Shown: positions 9,966-17,953, numbered from the stretch's first letter. The stretch: 35,815 nucleotides of DNA from Candidatus Poribacteria bacterium (GCA_046582655.1 JAYGDX010000101.1:1-35815), one strand, 5' to 3'. The notes: generated from the letters alone by a model not told the origin. Numbers and translations: made by a program.

Positions 9966-10904
9966 GTGGGGAAAAAACAGTTGCTTCAATTGGCGATTGT
10001 TTCCTTGATCTTAACTTTTTTGTTTGCACAATTTAGTTTTGCTGGAGTTAATGCTGCGCCTCATCTGAATACTGGTGCCGGAGCAAGGTCTTTGGGGATG
10101 GCCGGAGCCTTCACAGCAGTTGCCAATGATGCAACTTCGACGGTATGGAATCCGGCGGGTTTGTCGGTTGCCAAGGATTTGACCTTTACGTTGGCTACTG
10201 AAAGGTTGGATTTTGATCGAAAGCATAATTTTATGGCGGCTGTCAAGAAGTTGGGAGAAAAAAGCGCGCTTGGTTTTTCTGTCGTTAGCTTTGGTGTAGA
10301 TGGCATCGAGGAACGGCTAACAAAAGATGATATTTCCGCTAAAAGTATCTTCAATTATAGTATGCACGCCTTTGCGTTATCTTATGGTCGATCTCTAGGT
10401 AGTATTAACCTGGGTACCAGCCTGCGAATTCTAACAGACCAGTTTGGCGTTGGTACGGATGAGAAGGTAAACGGTTTTGGTGGAGTTAGTATTGGATTGC
10501 TTGGCCACTTGTATTCCAACACAGTCAGTTATGGGGTTGTACTCAAGAATTTATTTGGATCAATAAACGAAAGCAGCCTGCCGGCAGTTCTTGATTTGGG
10601 AGTTGCGTTTAGCCTCTTGCAAAGGAACATGGTGACTTTTGCCGTTGATTTGGAGCGAGAGTTTGTTGATATTGAAGAGAGTACAACATCGGCTCGTATT
10701 GGTATTGAGTACCTGATCGGAAATACCTTCTCAATTCGCGGTGGAACCAAGGCTACTTCGGATCGTCTTAGCTTATATGGTGGTTTTGGCGTCAATGTGG
10801 CAGGTTTGCAGGTTGATTATGCGATTAAGTTGGCTGATAGTGCGGTACATAAGTTAAATGATTCTGGTAACATTCATTTGGTGTCTTTGTCGTACAGCTA
10901 TTAG
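9966..10904 (+). CDS. PorV/PorQ (UPF0164)-family outer-membrane beta-barrel
   Basis: Signal peptide ending SFA; family motif 'GARSLGMAGAFTAVANDATSTVWNPAGL'; amphipathic strands; C-terminal 'HLVSLSYSY' aromatic BAM-type signal. SD AAGGAGG at 9954-9960 favours GTG 9966 (or ATG 9963) over the ORF-track start 9921. Confidence 0.85.
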   Translation: MGKKQLLQLAIVSLILTFLFAQFSFAGVNAAPHLNTGAGARSLGMAGAFTAVANDATSTVWNPAGLSVAKDLTFTLATERLDFDRKHNFMAAVKKLGEKSALGFSVVSFGVDGIEERLTKDDISAKSIFNYSMHAFALSYGRSLGSINLGTSLRILTDQFGVGTDEKVNGFGGVSIGLLGHLYSNTVSYGVVLKNLFGSINESSLPAVLDLGVAFSLLQRNMVTFAVDLEREFVDIEESTTSARIGIEYLIGNTFSIRGGTKATSDRLSLYGGFGVNVAGLQVDYAIKLADSAVHKLNDSGNIHLVSLSYSY

Positions 10905-10933
10905 TTTTATTTGGTTATTAAGGAGTATGCGAC

Positions 10934-11809
10934 ATGAAAGTAATGGAGTCCTTGCTGGTTCTGGTAATCATTTTCTATCTCTGTATTCCTCTCATCCTCG
11001 CACCGTTCACTGTTGGATTTGCTGCCACAATTACGCCTAATCTTGTTAGCGAGGGTGCCAAACTGATTACGATCAAGGTGGGTGACACGCTCTGGTTTCT
11101 GGCGGGGGTATATCTCAAGGATCCAATGTTGTGGGGACAATTTAAGAAATATAATCACTTTACGGATCCCGATTTGATTTTTCCAGGTGAAAGGTTATTG
11201 GTTCCGACAACGTTCCAGATGCCTGTTGGTTCAGTGCGGAATATGGTGGATGTTCTACAGGAACCTGTTGTTTCGGAGGAGGTTGTTAAAGAGATTCAAA
11301 CTAAGTTAATAGAAGCAGGTGTCAGTCTCGGTTCCATAAATAAAATGGTTAGTGCATTTGAGGCTCGGGTTGATTCATTGGGGAAATTAAATAGTGACTT
11401 GCGAGATCGGATTGAGGCCAGTGATGACAAGTATGTTGAGACGAATGCGAAGATTGATCGAAACACAACCCGCTTAAATGAACTGACTGAAAAAATGGTT
11501 GAAAATCAGGGGAATATGCAAGCTGAGATTTCTGATGTTTTGTCTCAAGTGAGTGGGTTACAGGAAAAACAGGAGAAATTGGGTGACCAACAGCAAGCTG
11601 TTGCTGCTAAAATAGCAGCCTCAACACGATTGATTGTTCAACGTGTTGAGGACAATCAGGCAGTTATGTCTGAACTAGAGCAAAAAACTGAGGTGGATCA
11701 AGGTCCCATGGAAGAGTTGTCAAAAGGGAAACGGACCTTTGCCGCTTTAGTTGCTGTTGTTGGTGGGTTTGCTTGGTTTGCCGTGAATGTGTTTGGTGGG
11801 GCTAATTAA
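10934..11809 (+). CDS. LysM peptidoglycan-binding protein with long coiled coil and C-terminal hydrophobic anchor
   Basis: N-terminal hydrophobic/signal segment; LysM 'IKVGDTLWFLA...DPDLIFPGERLLVP'; heptad-like E/Q/K/L-rich region; C-terminal 'KRTFAALVAVVGGFAWFAVNVFGG'; SD AAGGAG at 10920-10925. Confidence 0.85.
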   Translation: MKVMESLLVLVIIFYLCIPLILAPFTVGFAATITPNLVSEGAKLITIKVGDTLWFLAGVYLKDPMLWGQFKKYNHFTDPDLIFPGERLLVPTTFQMPVGSVRNMVDVLQEPVVSEEVVKEIQTKLIEAGVSLGSINKMVSAFEARVDSLGKLNSDLRDRIEASDDKYVETNAKIDRNTTRLNELTEKMVENQGNMQAEISDVLSQVSGLQEKQEKLGDQQQAVAAKIAASTRLIVQRVEDNQAVMSELEQKTEVDQGPMEELSKGKRTFAALVAVVGGFAWFAVNVFGGAN

Positions 11810-11921
11810 ATTTTCTGCTCTAATCAATAGAGAACGGGGAATTGATCAAAGGGAATTTTTAGAATTATGTTCTTCTTGGTTGGTTTCCCTGTTTTTTGTA
11901 GGGTATATAATTCAGTGAGGA

Positions 11922-12527
11922 TTGGAAATCTTGCAGTGTTCAGCAATTATAGAAGAAGCAACAGACCGTTTTATTGAGCTTTACGGTGACAGGAAAGAGG
12001 GCCTCGGCAAGTCAATTCGGTGTGGAATGGCCTGGATAGCGGATGCTAAGGTTGTCCTCATGGTGACACGTGATCAACGCAAACCTAGGGCCACGGATTT
12101 GCGTCGTATAAATAGGTTAATTGATCTGGCTGAACACCTGAAGCGTCCGATTTTAGTTTCGTTGCAACTACTGACGTATATTGAACATGGGCTGTGTCTT
12201 CAGGAGATACGAAACCGAAAAGAGTTTGACACGACCTTTTTGAAATTTATTTCTCATCCGCTTCCGATTGTGACTGTTATAGATCATGGTATTCTACAGG
12301 CTTTGGATACGTCTTTGAAGATTTCGGATTCGCTTTTGGTTCGTGGGGCTGGTTCTACTGATTTTGATCAAACCTGTACAAAAGATGGCCTGCAAATTAT
12401 TAGAAATGTTGATAGTGATTTAGGGCTGAAAAGTTCGATCTCTGATATGTTCTTCCAGCTTTTAACTGTTCAAAAAGATGATTTAATAAAACGACGGAAA
12501 AATCGTTTGCGATATGCTAATTCCTGA
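11922..12527 (+). CDS. Divergent, shortened homologue of acetyl-CoA carboxylase carboxyltransferase alpha (AccA), probably non-catalytic
   Basis: 'FIELYGDR..SIRCGMAWI', 'KPRATDLRRINRLIDLAEHLKRPI', 'LPIVTVI' and 'DDLIKRRKNRLRY' match AccA segments in order, but DTPGA and GEGGSGG are absent. TTG start uncertain. Confidence 0.65.
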   Translation: MEILQCSAIIEEATDRFIELYGDRKEGLGKSIRCGMAWIADAKVVLMVTRDQRKPRATDLRRINRLIDLAEHLKRPILVSLQLLTYIEHGLCLQEIRNRKEFDTTFLKFISHPLPIVTVIDHGILQALDTSLKISDSLLVRGAGSTDFDQTCTKDGLQIIRNVDSDLGLKSSISDMFFQLLTVQKDDLIKRRKNRLRYANS

Positions 12528-12562
12528 GGTCGTTTCCAGGTTAAAGCTTTTTTAGAATTGAT

Positions 12563-13195
12563 ATGTTTAAGGATGATTTGCGGTCTAGTATTGACGGTGT
12601 GGTTCTGCCAATGACTAGAGCGATTAGCTGGCTGGGAATAACACCGAATATGGTGACTTTTGCTAATTTCGGTGTCAACTTGGTTGCTGCATTTTTTTTA
12701 GCTAAAGGATACCTGATTTGGGCAGGGATATTAATTCTTTTTGCTGGTGTTCTTGATCATATGGATGGTGCAGTTGCCCGAATTACCAACCAATCTAGAC
12801 CATCTGGCGCGTTACTTGATTCTGTGGTTGATCGTTATTCTGAAATTGCTGTTTTTTTTGGCCTTCTTATCTATTTATCCCATTTAAACTCTAGTTATTC
12901 GGTTTATGGTGTGTGTTTGATTTTTCTGTCCATATCCGGATCTGTTCTTGTTAGTTATATTCGGGCTAGGGCAGAGGGGTTGGGTATTGAATGTAGGGTA
13001 GGAATTATGCAACGACTTGAACGAGTCGGCTTAATCACAATTGGTATTTTAGCTCAAGGGATATCCCAAAGCTTTTATGAAAAACTGCAATCGGATGGAC
13101 TTATTCTGATAGGTGTTCTTTTTGTTTTGACAATAGGAACACATCTCACGGCGGCACACCGATTAATATTTTCCTATCGCCAACTTAACTTATAA
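12563..13195 (+). CDS. CDP-alcohol phosphatidyltransferase, phosphatidylinositol-phosphate synthase-like
   Basis: 'TPNMVT', signature 'DHMDGAVAR...GALLDSVVDR', 'SYIRARAE', 'QRLER'; multiple TM helices. Confidence 0.88.
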   Translation: MFKDDLRSSIDGVVLPMTRAISWLGITPNMVTFANFGVNLVAAFFLAKGYLIWAGILILFAGVLDHMDGAVARITNQSRPSGALLDSVVDRYSEIAVFFGLLIYLSHLNSSYSVYGVCLIFLSISGSVLVSYIRARAEGLGIECRVGIMQRLERVGLITIGILAQGISQSFYEKLQSDGLILIGVLFVLTIGTHLTAAHRLIFSYRQLNL

Positions 13196-13819
13196 ACCGT
13201 TGATAGAATCTTTTAAACAGCTTTTCTGAATAGGCACGACGATCTCTAGTATTCCCTGCAAAACTGCTGCAGGACTGTCAATGGCTTCCACCTTTGATAT
13301 AATTGGATCTTGGTAATGCCTTAGTACCGGCTGAGTTTCCTTTCTATAAACTTCCCATCGTCGTCGTATGACATCCTCACGTGCGTCGTCAATCCGATTT
13401 TCTTTTAAGGCACGTTTTCGAAGACGCTTAATCATTTCTTCTTCATCGTTGCAAAACAGATGGATTATCTGTAGAACGTTGATGTGATGCTCCATAATTT
13501 CTGCTTGGATTATACTGCGTGGAATACCGTCGAGAACCAGTAAATCGCTAGAAGGTTTGTATGATCCTAAGATAGTGTTTGCGCGAACATGTTGTTCCCA
13601 CAGTTCTACCGAGGTTTGATCTGGTACGAGGTCTCCTCGTGAGGAGTACTCATAAATTTTTTCTCCTAATTTGGATTTGACATCTATTGTTCTGAAGACA
13701 TCTCCACAAGAAAGGTGAAAGAAACCAGGAATCGATGCCAGAATTCTTCCTTGTGTCCCCTTGCCAGTTCCAGGAGCTCCAAAAAGCAAAACCGTTTGAT
13801 AGCGTGCTTCTTGATCCAT
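13190..13819 (-). CDS. adk: Adenylate kinase / nucleoside monophosphate kinase, short-LID type
   Basis: P-loop GAPGTGKGTQ, 'HLSCGDVFR', 'GDLVPD', 'LDGIPR', 'RIDD'. ATG 13819 preferred over GTG 13831. Confidence 0.85.
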   Translation of the reverse strand: MDQEARYQTVLLFGAPGTGKGTQGRILASIPGFFHLSCGDVFRTIDVKSKLGEKIYEYSSRGDLVPDQTSVELWEQHVRANTILGSYKPSSDLLVLDGIPRSIIQAEIMEHHINVLQIIHLFCNDEEEMIKRLRKRALKENRIDDAREDVIRRRWEVYRKETQPVLRHYQDPIISKVEAIDSPAAVLQGILEIVVPIQKSCLKDSINGL

Positions 13820-14072
13820 TGTATTTCTCACTTCAGCTTTAGAAAATGTTGATAACTATATGTCAAGCTTGACCGCAAAACTAGCGGAAATTGTGTGTGA
13901 AATTGTTTGTATTGCTTAAAAAAAGTCGTCTTTGTTCAGATATAGTGTTCCTACTATTACCAACCGTGGTAGAAAGATTCTTCAGTAACTGGCAGTATTT
14001 GCCTGTGCCACCAGGGGGTTCTCTATTAGTCCATTTTGCTAGATGACTTTTTCCTTAAACATAGTTACGATA

Positions 14073-14119
14073 GCTGTCAATTGGATGATGCGTTTTATAC
14101 TCATCATCCAATTGACAGC
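14073..14119. repeat. Perfect 18-bp inverted repeat with 11-nt loop
   Basis: GCTGTCAATTGGATGATG (14073-14090), CGTTTTATACT, CATCATCCAATTGACAGC (14102-14119). Confidence 0.9.
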
Positions 14120-14587
14120 GGTGGCGGTTTAAATTCATTTTTGTTAATGTTTTTTTGGTGGTTAGCGAGAACATGCCGCATTTTGCGATCAATCTGATGA
14201 GTTTTTTCGTGCTGATATATGTATTCGTCACAAAGTTTTTCAAACGGCTAGTATAACCAATTGTAATTACTGTGTGAATCTCTCTCCCACTTCGCGCAAG
14301 GGTGATTTATGTGTGTGGATGCGTAGATCTTATTCCTGATTTCACAGTTATCACTGTCAGGGACATAATGTGCTGTAGATAGCAACTGTGCATATTCCAA
14401 TATCATCTTCACCATGTGTTTGTCATTTTAGGGTCATGATGTAAGTAAAATATGTTCATATAGGTAGAAGTCGTGAGCCTTTATTATATGCCTGTGTTTA
14501 TTGGTTAATCGATTGATGTGATATTCGATTGATAGTTTTTTGTTGATTGCTGATCATCTTCATGATTATGGACGTGATTTGCAAGTG

Positions 14588-15418
14588 TTAATTCTTTTTA
14601 GCATAAAAACATCCCCATTTCTGATAGCCTTGTTTGGCACGAGTGATTTTTTTCTCCCACCCTTGAATTAGGTCCTCATAATCATGTCGTGCAAAGTTTT
14701 GAAGAAACTCTTCTTTCATTGAAATTAAATGTTGCAGTTCCGCTTCCAAAGCAACCACAAACCTTTTTGTGTTGTCGTAACCTTGGATTATTTTTAATCC
14801 CGATTTTTCAAGCAAGTGTTTATATGTTTGAACATCGTGGAGAGTATAATTCCTTTTCTGAACGTAATCTGAAAATTCTCTAGACCAATCACTTGATCCA
14901 CAACAATAATCGGTGATCAGGACTTTGCCTGAAGGTTTCAACCAATCTTTTATTTTTTGAAAGAGAGTTGTTTTGTCCTGCACATGTAATAAGCTGTCAC
15001 GGCTGTATATTAAATTGAAGGACTCTGGTTCAAACTCCATTTGGGTACAGTCACCCAATATAAACTGGACTTTACTGTTACGATACGAGGCTCTTTGATT
15101 TGAAAGTTGTATCATGTTGCTTGAAAGATCTATTCCAGTTACCTTTGCAGCATAGTTTTCTTCAATGAAGAATGCACTGCCTCCTAGGCCACTTCCAATA
15201 TCAAGGACTTTAGCGCCGGGAGTTAAATCGATTTCAGAGAATAGTTCCTGGGCTGTTTTAATTCCTCCAGTGCTAACAAAATTATAGCCAAAGACTTTTT
15301 CGTATCGCAGTATGCCATTTACAGTGTACTGGGTTGTATCTAATTGAGAATATGTTAATGAGTTTTCTGAATTCAATCTTATTCTGTTGGTTATTGTTAA
15401 TAAAGGGTAAATAATCAT
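14588..15418 (-). CDS. Phosphoethanolamine (phosphobase) N-methyltransferase-like, single SAM-dependent domain
   Basis: 'LDTTQYTVNGILRYEKVFG.NFVSTGG', 'VLDIGSGLGG', 'YSRDSLLH..DK..LF...WLKPSGKVLITDY', 'GWEKK...G.QKWG.F.A.K' follow the plant PEAMT C-terminal domain / Plasmodium PMT. The start may be slightly downstream (TTG). Confidence 0.85.
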   Translation of the reverse strand: MIIYPLLTITNRIRLNSENSLTYSQLDTTQYTVNGILRYEKVFGYNFVSTGGIKTAQELFSEIDLTPGAKVLDIGSGLGGSAFFIEENYAAKVTGIDLSSNMIQLSNQRASYRNSKVQFILGDCTQMEFEPESFNLIYSRDSLLHVQDKTTLFQKIKDWLKPSGKVLITDYCCGSSDWSREFSDYVQKRNYTLHDVQTYKHLLEKSGLKIIQGYDNTKRFVVALEAELQHLISMKEEFLQNFARHDYEDLIQGWEKKITRAKQGYQKWGCFYAKKN

Positions 15419-15544
15419 CAGTCATTCATCATTAGAATGGGATAATCAAAACATCGTATTATGTTTTCTTGGTCAGTGTGAATGTTATCTCAAGCATAGA
15501 TAAAACAAGTTATTAAGAAGAAAATTGATTTTTTATTTTTACTG

Positions 15545-15838
15545 TTATTTCTTCCTTTGTGATTCATAGTATTCAAATATAGCTCTCCAGTATCCTTCAT
15601 CCCTTGGATACTTTTTCCTGTTGACAGGCAATAAAAGTTGTCTGGAATTATCAATGTTGTTAGATTCATCAATGTCTGTATCGATCAGGTCCATCTGTCG
15701 TGGTTGGTATTCTATGTCTGCTGATTCTATCTGCCACTGGTTCTTGATTTTTGACGCTCTTATTTTTCTGTTCTTGATTTGATGGAGTACGTTAGCTTTG
15801 GATACATTCAGATAATCCGCAACTTCAGCAACTGTCAT
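15545..15838 (-). CDS. Excisionase-type helix-turn-helix (HTH_17) DNA-binding protein
   Basis: 'MTVAEVADYLNVSKANVLHQIKNRKIRASKIKNQWQI' matches the HTH_17/Xis pattern. Confidence 0.75.
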   Translation of the reverse strand: MTVAEVADYLNVSKANVLHQIKNRKIRASKIKNQWQIESADIEYQPRQMDLIDTDIDESNNIDNSRQLLLPVNRKKYPRDEGYWRAIFEYYESQRKK

Positions 15839-16188
15839 GTAGCTTATGTTATTATCACTTGATTGTGAGATTGGCTTAGGTTTAGATGAAAATTCTACAT
15901 CGTCTAAATCGAGTAGCTTTGTGATGTTTTGTTCCTTCTTTAGGCTAAAAAAAAGAGAATCGATACGGAAATTATCTTTAGTCTCTAAAGTCTTTTATCG
16001 TAACTGCGGGATGATCCTGTGGGATTTGATCTAAATAGCGAATCTTTTGTTTGGTTACTTTGTTCATGATAGGTGGGTACAGAGGTGCAGCGTATTTTCT
16101 CCTAACGCAGTTGGAATGTTAACTTTATGGCATAGAAAGATTCTGAAATGTCAAATGGATTATATTAAGTCGTTAGCTTGCAGTATAA

Positions 16189-16971
16189 TTAGAACTCTTT
16201 GATTTTTCCCCAAAAGACGGCTTCTTTTTCTAAAGGGGTAACAGAAAACGGTCCTAACTTCGCTGGTTGCCAGTAGGCAGGAGAGTTCCAATAATTTCCA
16301 GCTCCATCAGCAGGTAGCCTGACTTCTCCTGTCCTTACTCCTCCTTTATCTGTGTCTCCTCCGATGAAGTATATTCCCATAGTTGTCTTTTCTAGTTTCT
16401 TTAGATCTCTTTCGAACAAAGAAAACGGTATTGCTGCTTCTACGTACCATCCACCGTCTATGGCCCCACTTGCTCGTTTTGGGGTTACATCATCTCCTTG
16501 TATAGCACCATGTCCTGGGCCATTATATGGACATTCCTTTACCATCGGGGTCCATTTGCCTTTTGTGTTTTGGGGAGTGAAGATGAGAGCCCAATCCCCT
16601 TTCCCATTTAATGCTGTTCGATCCTCAAAATCCCCTTTTACGTCAATGTAAAATCGGATATAGTCAGAATCCTTGAAGTCTCGTGAAACTTCATCTTTGC
16701 AGGCGACAGAGTTATCCTTTGCCCGACAGGCGAAATAGAAATTTTCCTCGTCGTAAGCAAGATAAGTCGAAATATAATCGTCCTTTATAGTGCCGCCAAT
16801 GGCTATCAAGGAGAGATCAAACTTGACGGCTCTGTCGTTGATGTTTTCATCCGGTTTGCCATCTATGTTCAGCTTACCCCATGGGATGATGTAAGTGACT
16901 GCAAAAATTGGAGATGTGGCTAAGATAAGAAAGCTGATTGTCAGCAGAGATAAGAATCTTGATTTGTTCAT
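16189..16971 (-). CDS. Secreted CBM9-like (DOMON) sugar-binding protein with C-terminal V-x-P...W-G-K-I-K motif
   Basis: Signal peptide ending IFA; 'IDGKPDE', 'YLAYDEENFYFAC..KD', 'DYIRFYID', 'GGWYVEAAIPFS', 'DTD'; ends SVTPLEKEAVFWGKIKEF. Confidence 0.8.
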   Translation of the reverse strand: MNKSRFLSLLTISFLILATSPIFAVTYIIPWGKLNIDGKPDENINDRAVKFDLSLIAIGGTIKDDYISTYLAYDEENFYFACRAKDNSVACKDEVSRDFKDSDYIRFYIDVKGDFEDRTALNGKGDWALIFTPQNTKGKWTPMVKECPYNGPGHGAIQGDDVTPKRASGAIDGGWYVEAAIPFSLFERDLKKLEKTTMGIYFIGGDTDKGGVRTGEVRLPADGAGNYWNSPAYWQPAKLGPFSVTPLEKEAVFWGKIKEF

Positions 16972-17058
16972 TTAATGTGCCTTGTAATTTGGAATTAATT
17001 TGAAAATATATAATTATTGTAACATCGATTGATAGATATTTGTATTGAAAATTCCCAT

Positions 17059-17922
17059 CTAATCTGTAGTGAAAGAAAGCGGAAATGTTGGCTCTTTCGC
17101 TTGATGTTGTTTGCGTCCCTCAATTTTGAGATGATAATATTCCTCGATAAATTCTGCTAAATTTTGAGTTGCTTCTTCAAAAACAATTCGGCCTTTCTCC
17201 GCGGTGGCTTTTTCCGCTTCACCCATAACACCGCTATCAGTATATTGACTGGTCCACTCTATCAATCCCATTGGTCCTTTGGCAAACAAGTCTCCCCAGA
17301 TAAATTTCGAGCCCCGTTTATTCGTTTTGGCAATTTCGCTTTTGATCTTATTTTGCCGAACGCTATCTGGTGAGAGGTGAAGCAGCATTGAGGTTTCCAA
17401 CTCACCTGCGTGTGAACAACCGCCAGGAAAGACACTTTCCCTCCATTTCTTTTCGAAATCCGGCTTGACTCTCAATAATTGCCACCAGCTACAAAAGACA
17501 CAACTCGCATCAGTTTCAACAATAGTGCGGCGAGCTACCATATCAATGAGATTGTGGTTTGAACCGTGTCCGTTGATGAGGATTATTTTCTTGAATCCAT
17601 GATAGGCTAGACTCTTACAAATATCCAGTACATACTGAATGAAATGTTCGAAGTGTATGTTCAGGGAACCGGGAAAATCCATGACGTGGTGTAGATATCC
17701 ATAGTTGATGGGAGGTAGAACAAGACTCATTTCCGAACGCAAGCGGGCAGCCTCTGTGGCTATTGCCGTGGCGCACAGGTGATCTACTTTAAGGGGAAGG
17801 TGATGACCGTGCTGTTCTACCGAGCCGGTTGGAATAATAGGAATCTTTCCCATGTCTATAGCTTGGTTTACTTCCGGCCACGTTAATTCATCAAACTGAT
17901 ATATTTCACGGACAGATGGCAT
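17059..17922 (-). CDS. Creatininase-family amidohydrolase
   Basis: 'GSVEQHGHHLP..VD', 'FPGSL', 'NGHGSN', 'HAGELETS'. Confidence 0.9.
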   Translation of the reverse strand: MPSVREIYQFDELTWPEVNQAIDMGKIPIIPTGSVEQHGHHLPLKVDHLCATAIATEAARLRSEMSLVLPPINYGYLHHVMDFPGSLNIHFEHFIQYVLDICKSLAYHGFKKIILINGHGSNHNLIDMVARRTIVETDASCVFCSWWQLLRVKPDFEKKWRESVFPGGCSHAGELETSMLLHLSPDSVRQNKIKSEIAKTNKRGSKFIWGDLFAKGPMGLIEWTSQYTDSGVMGEAEKATAEKGRIVFEEATQNLAEFIEEYYHLKIEGRKQHQAKEPTFPLSFTTD

Positions 17923-17953
17923 TGAAATGTTTTCCTTTTTAGGGTGTGGTTGT

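Noticed and set aside
13862..13873. 12-bp palindrome GTCAAGCTTGAC upstream of adk
   Set aside because: Short enough to arise by chance, and no well-spaced -10 box on either strand.
12563..15418. Direct pathway link between the CDP-alcohol transferase and the PMT-like gene (phosphatidylcholine synthesis)
   Set aside because: Opposite strands, separated by adk; the transferase looks inositol-phosphate-type; no cytidylyltransferase is in the window.
15545..15838. Prophage or ICE call from the excisionase-like HTH
   Set aside because: No integrase, phage or conjugation genes, or att sites seen.
16080..16188. AGAGGTGC resembling the start of a lysine riboswitch
   Set aside because: Downstream conserved elements are absent and there is no + strand gene to regulate.
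17059..17922. Mycofactocin peptidase MftE assignment
   Set aside because: No mftA/B/C or radical SAM gene nearby; only family-level support.
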